The position numbers were made by a program, and so were the translations under genes. The notes under the pieces were generated by a model. That model was not told where the DNA came from, ran no database searches, and was given only the letters and a program-made list of their open reading frames with translations. Below, piece by piece: positions 56,079 through 64,000 of a stretch of 64,000 bases of DNA (within the stretch, counting starts at the first letter, position 1; the number at the start of each line of letters is the position of its first letter). This DNA comes from a virus: IMG/VR virus record IMGVR_UViG_3300029791_000002, positions 1-64,000 of that record. One strand, 5' to 3'.

Positions 56079-57026
56079 TTAAAATGGAAGGTCTTCTTCT
56101 TCCATAGGAGGGAAGTTCGGCATCTGTGCTTGCGGCTGTGGCTGCGTCTGATGCTGAGGCTTGGTGCTCCTTGTAGTAGGCGCCTGGGCAGGTGCAGCAG
56201 GCTGAGCCGGTGCCTGATACTGTGCTGGCTGTTGAGCAGGCTGTTGGTAATTTTGATACGGAATAGCACTCGGAACAGACTGAGGTTGTTGAACCTGTTG
56301 AGGCGCGGCCGGCTGCTGGGTATAAGTCTGAGGGGCTGTAGGCTCTTGCTGAGTATTTCCTCCTAAACCTAATTTAGCCATTATACCTGCTCTGATATCT
56401 TTAATAGAAGCATTGAACCTGTTTGAATATTCAGTAATCTTCTGATAAGTAAAGTTGTTTTGAGCTGAATAATCGAGGCTTTTCTTGCCATCAAATCCTG
56501 TAACTTCAACAGGGTCAGGCCAACCATTTACGCCTTTTTTATAAAAACGTTCAACAAGCTGATCTTTTTCTCCGTCTACTCCGGCATATGCGATAATAAG
56601 TTCCGAAGATCCAAACTCGTCATCTTTCTTCTTCTTAAAGACATTGAAATAAATTTCACGACTGAAATCGATGTTTTCGTAGTATTTTACGAAGCTCTTA
56701 ACAAAGCCCTTGATATTTCCTTTTTGATTGACGAGAGGTATGGAAATACAATAGTTTTCATTAAGTTCGTAATCTTTTAATACGATAAGGAAATTAGTAA
56801 CAGTATTTCCATTAGAGAAAGTGCTTGACTTTAACCCGATGTAGTTAATGTATCCAACTACTCCATTATAATACTCTTTCCAATATCCCGCCGGCTGACC
56901 GCTATTAGGATTTATGTGCTGAACAAAACCTTCTTTTGGTTCGTTACTTTTTTCATACAAGTTACCATCTGAATTAATATACAGATAATAAGTTGTACCA
57001 AAACTTCTGTTTTCTCTAAAAGCCAT
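56079..57026 (-). CDS. putative single-stranded DNA-binding protein
   Basis: Pro/Gln/Ala-rich disordered linker ending in the acidic tail EEEDLPF, the hallmark SSB C-terminus (D-[IL]-P-F); the N-terminal OB fold was not verified. Confidence 0.45.
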   Translation of the reverse strand: MAFRENRSFGTTYYLYINSDGNLYEKSNEPKEGFVQHINPNSGQPAGYWKEYYNGVVGYINYIGLKSSTFSNGNTVTNFLIVLKDYELNENYCISIPLVNQKGNIKGFVKSFVKYYENIDFSREIYFNVFKKKKDDEFGSSELIIAYAGVDGEKDQLVERFYKKGVNGWPDPVEVTGFDGKKSLDYSAQNNFTYQKITEYSNRFNASIKDIRAGIMAKLGLGGNTQQEPTAPQTYTQQPAAPQQVQQPQSVPSAIPYQNYQQPAQQPAQYQAPAQPAAPAQAPTTRSTKPQHQTQPQPQAQMPNFPPMEEEDLPF

Positions 57027-57038
57027 ATTATTATTTTT

Positions 57039-58154
57039 TTATAGATTATACAATGTTTGATTTAAGACGTATGTTGATTCGTATTTAGGATTGAACATCT
57101 TTATCATCTTATACTGATCAGACCAATCCATGACAACATCTCCTTTTATAAGTGATTTTACGGAAGACAGTATATTTTCCTTACCGATAGAAAAATTAAA
57201 ACACGGGCCTTCAAGCGCATTCAAAGGCATTGATTCCATTATCTTTTTTCTATTTCCAAAATCCTCAGACATTACTGTTATGCCGCTTTCTTTATCTACC
57301 TTAACATTGACAACATTATCCACTAAAGTCATAGAATTAAGAACAGATATAAGCAAATCCCTGTCGAACTTAACCCTTGAAGATTTTTCGAATTTATTAC
57401 ATACGTATTCGTAGTTAGGATACTGTTGTTCTACGTTCATATCCGATATAATTACATTATCAAAGCATAAGAACGTTCTAACGCCATCTGTGGAAATACT
57501 GATCTCCGTATCTTTATCATATAGAAAGCGGTATAAGATGGAAGCCGCAACCTCACTTAGCATAATCGACCTTTCTTCTACTGCATTAGCATACTCTTTC
57601 CTGTTTATAAACAGACGGAACATATCAGTAGAAACAATGTCAATATAGTCTTTCTTCACATTAAGAAGAATCGAGCATATAGCCGGTCTAAATTCATCCG
57701 ATCCAACAAACGCAAAAGATCTTTTCATAGACTGAATGAAAGACGAGCTCATAACACGAATACCATCACCTACAGGATAAAAGAAATCAGGGAAAGCCTT
57801 ATCCTCAATCCAAATAGAAGAAAAAGATCCTCTATCGTATTTAAAAACGATACTGTAATCGTTTTTAATCTCTATCTCTATCTCTATATCCTGGTTATGA
57901 TTTTTAAAAAACGAAATAAGAGTCCCGGCATCTACTAAAAGAGAAAACTTATGGTCACAAGAAATATCAGTATTCACATCGAAAATATCATCCGTATATG
58001 TTATACGTTCGTTCATGGCTTGTATCCGGATATGATCAAAATATAAAGTAATTTTTATATTCGATGTGACACAATCCTTTAGAACCTTATCAAACATCTT
58101 TGAAATGTTTGAAAGTTTCTCATTCATTAGTATGCCAGGAACTCTTACTTTCAT
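57039..58154 (-). CDS. hypothetical protein (371 aa; size compatible with a sliding-clamp-like protein, unverified)
   Basis: ORF between SSB-like and RuvC-like genes; no motif evidence. Confidence 0.5.
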   Translation of the reverse strand: MKVRVPGILMNEKLSNISKMFDKVLKDCVTSNIKITLYFDHIRIQAMNERITYTDDIFDVNTDISCDHKFSLLVDAGTLISFFKNHNQDIEIEIEIKNDYSIVFKYDRGSFSSIWIEDKAFPDFFYPVGDGIRVMSSSFIQSMKRSFAFVGSDEFRPAICSILLNVKKDYIDIVSTDMFRLFINRKEYANAVEERSIMLSEVAASILYRFLYDKDTEISISTDGVRTFLCFDNVIISDMNVEQQYPNYEYVCNKFEKSSRVKFDRDLLISVLNSMTLVDNVVNVKVDKESGITVMSEDFGNRKKIMESMPLNALEGPCFNFSIGKENILSSVKSLIKGDVVMDWSDQYKMIKMFNPKYESTYVLNQTLYNL

Positions 58155-58251
58155 TTTTTTAAAACTTACGATTATGACTATCTAACACTGCAAATGTATT
58201 ATTTTAAAATCTAATTACGAATTAATCTATTTTAAAATGATTTAAAATAGA

Positions 58252-58785
58252 TTAAATGGTTCTTCTTGCTGCTTCTGCTATAAGCATCGCATCAACTATA
58301 CCGTCATGGGCTGTCTTACATCTTTCGTTTTTAACGAACGTATCGTTTGGCCACAGCCTTTTAGCGCAAGCCAATGACGTTTTCTTAGTATTTACCTTAC
58401 TGGCTTCCATGACCTTATCAGAATGCGTCCAAACCAATTTCTGCCATGTTTTAGGGGCTATGAAATTAACGGAGCAACTTATGTCCGTAAATGCCATGCA
58501 GAGGGAGAGGAACAGCCCATGCAGTTGGCCTTTGTTCTCCATGAGGGAGGCTGTAGAGGACGTGCTGACCCCGTACAGTGCGTGTACGTCCTCTATGACA
58601 AATACTACCCTATCAGGATTGTTTTCTACGATCGTATCCCGGCAAAAAACATATTCTTTAGTCAAGTCTACTGGTCCTGAAGCTGATATTCTTGGAGTGG
58701 AGATTCTTGATATTAGTTTACTGTCCTGATCGATGCAGGCTATGGCTCCATCTTTTCCCGGATCTGCTGCTATATATAATACCAT
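58252..58785 (-). CDS. RuvC-like Holliday junction resolvase
   Basis: N-terminus YIAADPGKDGAIAC (cf. ILGIDPGSRVTGYGV) and C-terminus HDGIVDAMLIAEAA (cf. ADAADALAIA). Confidence 0.65.
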   Translation of the reverse strand: MVLYIAADPGKDGAIACIDQDSKLISRISTPRISASGPVDLTKEYVFCRDTIVENNPDRVVFVIEDVHALYGVSTSSTASLMENKGQLHGLFLSLCMAFTDISCSVNFIAPKTWQKLVWTHSDKVMEASKVNTKKTSLACAKRLWPNDTFVKNERCKTAHDGIVDAMLIAEAARRTI

Positions 58786-58791
58786 AATGTA

Positions 58792-59226
58792 TCAATTTAG
58801 ATTCATGTCGATTTTACCAATACTATCATCATTTTCAAAACCTCCATTGTCTGTAAGTTCATAATCGATAGCCACAGCACCATTACTAAGAATGTAAAAT
58901 CCTTTAAACTTCTTTCCTATTTCAATAGGATACACTACATTTACATCCCTTCCAATATCCTCAAACGGCATAGCAATATCTTCTGTTTCAGCTTCTTTTT
59001 GTTTTGCTAATACACCAACAGGTATATTTTTACCTTTTATAGAGGCGTATGTAACCATATACAGAATATCGTTATTGACAAACGCCCTATCACTACTTAC
59101 CTTATCCAAGCTGACATATATAATGTGTTTTATAAAACTATCGATATCTCCACATATGTTAATAGCTTCTACTTCTTTAGGAATAACGACTTCCACTTCT
59201 TCTGGTTTTATATTTTTCTTTTTCAT
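58792..59226 (-). CDS. hypothetical protein (144 aa)
   Basis: ORF. Confidence 0.5.
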   Translation of the reverse strand: MKKKNIKPEEVEVVIPKEVEAINICGDIDSFIKHIIYVSLDKVSSDRAFVNNDILYMVTYASIKGKNIPVGVLAKQKEAETEDIAMPFEDIGRDVNVVYPIEIGKKFKGFYILSNGAVAIDYELTDNGGFENDDSIGKIDMNLN

Positions 59227-59501
59227 TGCATTAATCTTTTCGTGTTTTGTTTCACTTCTTCAACAAGATCCTGATCTTTCATCATCTCTTGCTTAAGTTT
59301 CTCATTCTCCTTAATTCTTTTCACCCTATCGGCAAGAATCTTCTTATATTTCTTATCCGATATTTTAATAAACCAAGGACAGTTCCTTGATGGAATCCTT
59401 TTACATGGATAGTCAGTGAGACCGTTCGGTCCAAACTGCTCGCATCGGTTACATTTTTCTTCGCCTGTCATTGTACTATATTTTAGGGAAATATTCTTCA
59501 A
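59223..59501 (-). CDS. Cys-containing small protein (92 aa)
   Basis: CNRCEQ...C...C. Confidence 0.45.
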   Translation of the reverse strand: MKNISLKYSTMTGEEKCNRCEQFGPNGLTDYPCKRIPSRNCPWFIKISDKKYKKILADRVKRIKENEKLKQEMMKDQDLVEEVKQNTKRLMQ

Positions 59502-59778
59502 GTTCTCTATAAGAGCACTCTACTACAACAGAATCTCCTTTAGGGAGAAATACTAAAATAGAATCGATAGAAAAAACACTATCTACTTTCCTTACAAGTT
59601 GGCCATGCTTATAAGAAGATATGACCAACCTAATTCCATACGCATCTGAATAAGATCCTTTCCTACATGGAGTTATGCTTTCAACAATATAATCAAAGCC
59701 TCCGATATTAACTTCATCGCCGGCACTGATTTCCATAATAGGAATCATTTTGGCTCTTCTATCTATGCTTATTTTCAT
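59476..59778 (-). CDS. hypothetical protein (100 aa)
   Basis: ORF. Confidence 0.45.
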   Translation of the reverse strand: MKISIDRRAKMIPIMEISAGDEVNIGGFDYIVESITPCRKGSYSDAYGIRLVISSYKHGQLVRKVDSVFSIDSILVFLPKGDSVVVECSYRELEEYFPKI

Positions 59779-60647
59779 TTCGCAATCTCAAATTTTATTT
59801 GCTCCTTCGGTTCATAATTCCATACCTCAAAATCATCAGCTACAAAATCATAAAACCCTTTCCCTTCCATACGAGATGAGATAGTAACCTGCGGAACCGG
59901 TCCGAAGAGAGAGCGACGGAGGAGCTCGTTTGCCTGCTCTTCGTGCCGGTCATATACGTGCATATCTTGAATGAAGTGCGTAAAAATAGCCGGCTTCAGG
60001 CCTGCGTCGTGAGCGAACATCATCATAAGTGCAGCGTACTGTGCTACATTCCATAGGCCGGCAACAATAGCATCCTGGCTGCGCTGATAAAGCGTCATAT
60101 ACAACTCATCTCCTTTAACAGATAAATTTACCTGAAACGCACATTCTTGAAGAGGTTTTAGTCCATTGGTTTCAGGATCAAACATAGATGCTACGATCCT
60201 TCTTGATGAACGATCATTCTTGAGTGACCAAAGAATGAAGTCTGTTTGGTTAAGAAAACCGTAAAGACCATCATGGATGTCTATCATACCCTCTGGAGCT
60301 TTTCCGGTTCCCATATAAACATGTCTGTTCACCATATCTCCATAACATCCTTCGATCTTTCCATTATCATCAGCCCACTGATCCCATATATGAAGACCAA
60401 GATCTTTGATATCTACCGATCTTTTTTGCCAAATCCACAAAATTTCTTTTATGGAGTTTTTAAGATTAGTAGGTCTAAGCGAACCAAGAGGAAATTCCCG
60501 GCGAAGATCGTACTGGTTGCATACTTGCAGGATACGCTTCACCTTTACGCCTGTCCCGTCACCGTAGACCGGTCGCCTTACCTCTTCCCATGGCTGGCTC
60601 ATTATAAGAGCCAAATTGTCTTGAAATATTTTATCTACTCTTGCCAT
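59775..60647 (-). CDS. thyA: thymidylate synthase (ThyA family; could be a pyrimidine hydroxymethylase paralogue)
   Basis: IWDQWADDNG (cf. IWDEWADENG), SSRRIVASMFD (cf. DSRRIIVSAWN), LQECAFQ with conserved nucleophile Cys (cf. LAPCHAFFQ), YQRSQDAIVAGLWNVAQYAALMMMFA (cf. [26 protein letters not shown]). Confidence 0.8.
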   Translation of the reverse strand: MARVDKIFQDNLALIMSQPWEEVRRPVYGDGTGVKVKRILQVCNQYDLRREFPLGSLRPTNLKNSIKEILWIWQKRSVDIKDLGLHIWDQWADDNGKIEGCYGDMVNRHVYMGTGKAPEGMIDIHDGLYGFLNQTDFILWSLKNDRSSRRIVASMFDPETNGLKPLQECAFQVNLSVKGDELYMTLYQRSQDAIVAGLWNVAQYAALMMMFAHDAGLKPAIFTHFIQDMHVYDRHEEQANELLRRSLFGPVPQVTISSRMEGKGFYDFVADDFEVWNYEPKEQIKFEIAK

Positions 60648-60722
60648 ATTCTTATTAGGTACTTATATACTATAGTATCACCATCTCAAGGTTATGCCAA
60701 CAAACAAGGATCATTGAAAATT

Positions 60723-60944
60723 CTAAGAGGAATGGTTATAAAGACGATTAATTTCTTCTTGTTCTAAACACGGACCACCTACAACTTTCTCTGTCGCTTT
60801 TCTTTGTCTAACAAAATCTTCAGCTTCGGAAAAAGTTGTAGCATAAATATATCCGCCATACTTTTCTCCATTGATTTCAAATTCTGTCACAAACTTCTTT
60901 TGTTTTTCTTCTTTTGTTTCCATAACTGTAATTTTTAAAAGCAA
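60723..60944 (-). CDS. hypothetical protein (73 aa)
   Basis: ORF. Confidence 0.4.
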   Translation of the reverse strand: MLLKITVMETKEEKQKKFVTEFEINGEKYGGYIYATTFSEAEDFVRQRKATEKVVGGPCLEQEEINRLYNHSS

Positions 60945-60995
60945 ATAATTGATTGATTTATAAAAAGAAATAAAGCGGTGATAAACTAAGTTACC

Positions 60996-61307
60996 TTAAC
61001 CAACTACCATCCAATCATCAGCCAACATATCTGATTGAGAAGCTAACCATCCATTTACAATATTATTGTTAGCATCTTTCATGCACAGATAAGAACAAAA
61101 TTTAATCATGTTGGTTTCATCTATGTCATAATAATCGTTTACGTATTTTTTAAACGAATCCGGCAATGACTTTACTTTATTAACTATCATATCAGTAGAC
61201 AACCAATCTTCCGGTCGCTGGAATACGAACATTCCTTTACCATTCCATCCTGAACGAGCAATTAACTTACCTTCTTTTACTGCCTCTAAAGCTTCTCCAA
61301 ATTTCAT
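60996..61307 (-). CDS. hypothetical protein (103 aa)
   Basis: ORF. Confidence 0.5.
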   Translation of the reverse strand: MKFGEALEAVKEGKLIARSGWNGKGMFVFQRPEDWLSTDMIVNKVKSLPDSFKKYVNDYYDIDETNMIKFCSYLCMKDANNNIVNGWLASQSDMLADDWMVVG

Positions 61308-61321
61308 AACTATATTTTTTT

Positions 61322-63805
61322 TTATAAATTAAACTCTGCAAAATCTATTTCAGATCCGGTTGACAAATTAATCATTGACTTTTCAAGCTCTTCCATTGGA
61401 ACCGGTTTCACAATACCTCCATTACCAAGAGTCCTTTTATAGAAGTTTATCACCACCTGATCGCTGGTTTTTACCGTCTTAGGAATAGGTTGACGAAGAT
61501 ATAATCCATCAAGAGACTTTACTCTTGAAAGAGCCGTATATAGCTGTCCTGTTTCAAAAGAATTAGATACGTCCATCATAGCCGCATCCAATGTCAGGCC
61601 TTGGGCTTTATGGATCGTGATAGAATAACCTATTTTTATAGGATACTGAATAATAGCTCCTACTACTTCAGATTCTATCTTATATCCGTTTCTTACGTAT
61701 TTTACTTTCTCAAACGAACATGGTGTTATAACAACCTTAGTATGCTCATCATCTTTCGGTTTATCAAGGACTACTTCAATCTCACCCTTTTTTATAGATA
61801 ATACAGTACCAAGAGAGCCATTGAAGTACTCTCCTCCGTTTCTTGTTATCATAACTCTTGATCCTTCTTTCAAGAAAAGAGTTTTTTCAACCGGAGCATC
61901 TTTAGGATAATCACCGTTTATAACAGCTTCTAATTTTCTTAAAGAGCCTGGTAACGATGATATTCTCATTTCGTTAATAGCCGTAGCTTTTGAGTTGGTA
62001 GTTACAATCTCAACATATCCTTGATTATTATCAGACTGAATACATCTGCTGTTTATTGTATCAAATACATCATCATCCATCTGCCCTTCACGCACCTTAT
62101 TAAGGACACTAATAAACTTCTCATCTTTCTGACGGTATATTTTTTCAAAAGAAACCATTTCCATACCAGAAGCCATTAGAGACTTGGAGCTAAAGAAGTA
62201 AGATGTATCGTATATTTCTCTAAAAAAATCCTCCTTAATTACTGGCGGAAGTTGAAATAAATCACCTACCATAATAAGTTTCACGCCGCCAAACGGGTCC
62301 TTGTCTCCTCTTGCATGACGAAGTATATCAGCTACGTTGTCAAGAAGATCAGGGCGAACCATAGAAATCTCGTCTATGATAAGATACTTTATATTCTGTA
62401 AAATCTTTTCCGAACCTCCGTTGAATTTATATTCGCAGTTATCCATAAACGCGCCTTTTCGTATTTCAGGTATATACGGCTGCATTCCTATTCTAAAAAA
62501 TGAATGAATGGTTTGACCACCTGCATTAACAGCAGCAACACCTGTAGGAGCTACAACAACCGCATTTTTTAATGCCGGTATAATACGCTTAAGGAAAGTA
62601 GTATTATGAGTTACAATATAATTATCTGTTATATACAACTCGTCTTTATTTGATACTTTTATACATACGCATTCAGAATCATCTACCTTTTCCACGCTTT
62701 CTATATACCTTGAAACTCTTGCCGGATTAGGAACATATCTTTCTTTTTTTCTTTTTAATGTAAATACATTATCGTACATTTTTATTCTTACGGTATATTC
62801 ATACACGTATTTCTTATCAGGTCTAAAAAGCGTATTTATCTTAGCTATTCCACCTAACGACTGTACAAGATCAACAATGTCTTCAGCCAATCTCTTGCTT
62901 GTAGTAGAATACGTCAATCTATTTCTTTCTTTCGAGCATGTTCCATCGGTGTCCATTAAACCATTTAACAAATGCATTCTCTGATCGATACTGCCAAGTT
63001 TATATTCTTCTGGTATAAATTTATACCCAGACGTAACATTTAGTCCTAAATCCTTTATCCTATTTATAAACCCACCACCTTTTGTATGATTTTTTTGAAT
63101 CACACTGTATTGAGGACATGTGATGGCTGGATGTTCCTTTTTTTTACTCAATAGAAAATCTTCTCCAAGAAATGACTCTACTCTATTTCTTATTTCTACA
63201 TCAGAATCAGAACAAGAAAAAATAGCCATATTACCATTTAAACTCCCATCACCTATAAGAACTCCCAATACATACGGATGTATAGAAAATTTCTTTTCTT
63301 CATATTCTATAGGTCGGCACACTGGAATTTCATATCTTAACGGCTGTTTTTCACCATTTTTTATTTTAACATTCTTCCTGATACCTGTACTTATAATTTC
63401 TTTTAGTGTACTGCATCTCGAAAATGGAGTTTTACCATAATGACTGGATAATCTATATGACCACAAATGCTCTTCATCGCAATATGTAAAATAACCATCA
63501 TTCATAGTTACCTTATATACAGGTCTAATTCCCTGTGGATACACACCCAATACAGTCTGTTGTTTACCATCTGCGCCCATAACTTTATCACCAACCTTTA
63601 TATCCCCCATATTCTTAAAACCATCTGGCGTTAAAATTTTAGCATACAAAGGCTGTGCTTTTCCACTTCCTCCTTTACCGGTTATAAACAGCGGTTTTGG
63701 TGACTTACAAATAGACTTAATAGCCTTTCCCTGGGCGACATTACCTTCGGACATAACTGAACGAAGAACGCACTCCATGATTTTTTTGTCGTAACTTATA
63801 GCCAT
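61322..63805 (-). CDS. Pif1/RecD-like SF1 helicase interrupted by an intein
   Basis: Extein reads ITGKGGSGK|...|TTFLKRIIPALKNAVVVAPTGVAAVNAGGQTIHSF, then LIIDEISMV (Walker B) and MVGDLFQLPPV, all Pif1/RecD motifs. A 352-aa insertion splits the Walker A. Confidence 0.9.
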   Translation of the reverse strand: MAISYDKKIMECVLRSVMSEGNVAQGKAIKSICKSPKPLFITGKGGSGKAQPLYAKILTPDGFKNMGDIKVGDKVMGADGKQQTVLGVYPQGIRPVYKVTMNDGYFTYCDEEHLWSYRLSSHYGKTPFSRCSTLKEIISTGIRKNVKIKNGEKQPLRYEIPVCRPIEYEEKKFSIHPYVLGVLIGDGSLNGNMAIFSCSDSDVEIRNRVESFLGEDFLLSKKKEHPAITCPQYSVIQKNHTKGGGFINRIKDLGLNVTSGYKFIPEEYKLGSIDQRMHLLNGLMDTDGTCSKERNRLTYSTTSKRLAEDIVDLVQSLGGIAKINTLFRPDKKYVYEYTVRIKMYDNVFTLKRKKERYVPNPARVSRYIESVEKVDDSECVCIKVSNKDELYITDNYIVTHNTTFLKRIIPALKNAVVVAPTGVAAVNAGGQTIHSFFRIGMQPYIPEIRKGAFMDNCEYKFNGGSEKILQNIKYLIIDEISMVRPDLLDNVADILRHARGDKDPFGGVKLIMVGDLFQLPPVIKEDFFREIYDTSYFFSSKSLMASGMEMVSFEKIYRQKDEKFISVLNKVREGQMDDDVFDTINSRCIQSDNNQGYVEIVTTNSKATAINEMRISSLPGSLRKLEAVINGDYPKDAPVEKTLFLKEGSRVMITRNGGEYFNGSLGTVLSIKKGEIEVVLDKPKDDEHTKVVITPCSFEKVKYVRNGYKIESEVVGAIIQYPIKIGYSITIHKAQGLTLDAAMMDVSNSFETGQLYTALSRVKSLDGLYLRQPIPKTVKTSDQVVINFYKRTLGNGGIVKPVPMEELEKSMINLSTGSEIDFAEFNL
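62603..63658 (-). mobile_element. intein (residues 50-401) with double-motif LAGLIDADG homing endonuclease, inserted in the helicase P-loop
   Basis: Hint N-block AQPLYAKILTPDGFKNMGDIKVGDKV; LAGLIDADG motifs YVLGVLIGDGS and LLNGLMDTDGT; C-terminal IVTHN followed by +1 Thr. Removal restores GKGGSGKTT. Residue 1 is Ala, not Cys/Ser. Confidence 0.8.
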
Positions 63806-64000
63806 CTTTTTTCTGATTTTGTTCTACAAAACAAAAGTATGAAAATAAAATAAAACATAAAATATAAAATGAATTAATTAGGATTAAAAAGAAATAATAA
63901 GTTGGATAAGTTTCTTTGTGACAGACAGTAATGTGGTTTAGTATGGGTGCAGTAATGGCATAGTAGTGGCTAACGGGTGTTTACGTCGATGTTCTACGAG

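Noticed and set aside
56070-56366. 98-aa + ORF rich in Arg/Leu (RLRLLNLLRRGRLLG) overlapping the SSB-like gene
   Set aside because: Antisense to the Pro/Gln/Ala-rich linker of the minus-strand gene; composition is an artefact of the CAG/CCT-rich coding strand.

Overview
The window is AT-rich (roughly one-third GC by eye), very gene-dense, and has no host-like housekeeping genes. It reads as a segment of a large virulent dsDNA phage genome. A crAss-like or other Bacteroidota-type phage is plausible because translation signals are almost entirely Shine-Dalgarno-less, but this is not proven. Two convergent blocks are present. The + block (1-14854) carries a 752-aa protein, several unusual low-complexity proteins (Gly/Cys/Gln-rich, RGG/Tyr/ER-rich), a frameshifted TnpB N-terminal remnant and a giant 2140-aa ORF, and it ends at a strong hairpin terminator. 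The − block (15066-63805) is a long co-directional replication and nucleotide-metabolism module, with these recognisable genes:
- a Pif1/RecD-like helicase interrupted by a LAGLIDADG intein in its P-loop;
- thymidylate synthase, a RuvC-like resolvase, an SSB-like protein with a DLPF tail, and dUTPase;
- a 4-tRNA cluster (Cys-GCA, Arg-CCU, Gln-UUG, Met-CAU);
- a DHH/DHHA1 NrnA-like phosphoesterase and a HAD phosphatase;
- a DnaB-like helicase and a zinc-ribbon/Toprim primase-like protein;
- two Cas4/RecB-like PD-(D/E)XK nucleases and an SF2 DEAH helicase.

The items that most deserve a second look are:
- an intact, catalytically complete but zinc-finger-less TnpB (OMEGA-type RuvC nuclease) embedded with no TnpA among phage genes, plus the second decayed TnpB fragment;
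- a contiguous acyl-carrier-protein → NfeD → flotillin (SPFH) membrane module;
- a ~3-kb poorly coding hub (45.7-48.9 kb) with seven perfect 21-bp iterons, 57-bp tandem repeats, G-rich tracts, dyad-symmetric AT-rich sites, tRNA 3'-half-like fragments and a +-strand terminator with no + ORF, which may be a replication origin and/or ncRNA locus.

All calls were made by eye from motifs; no database searches were run.
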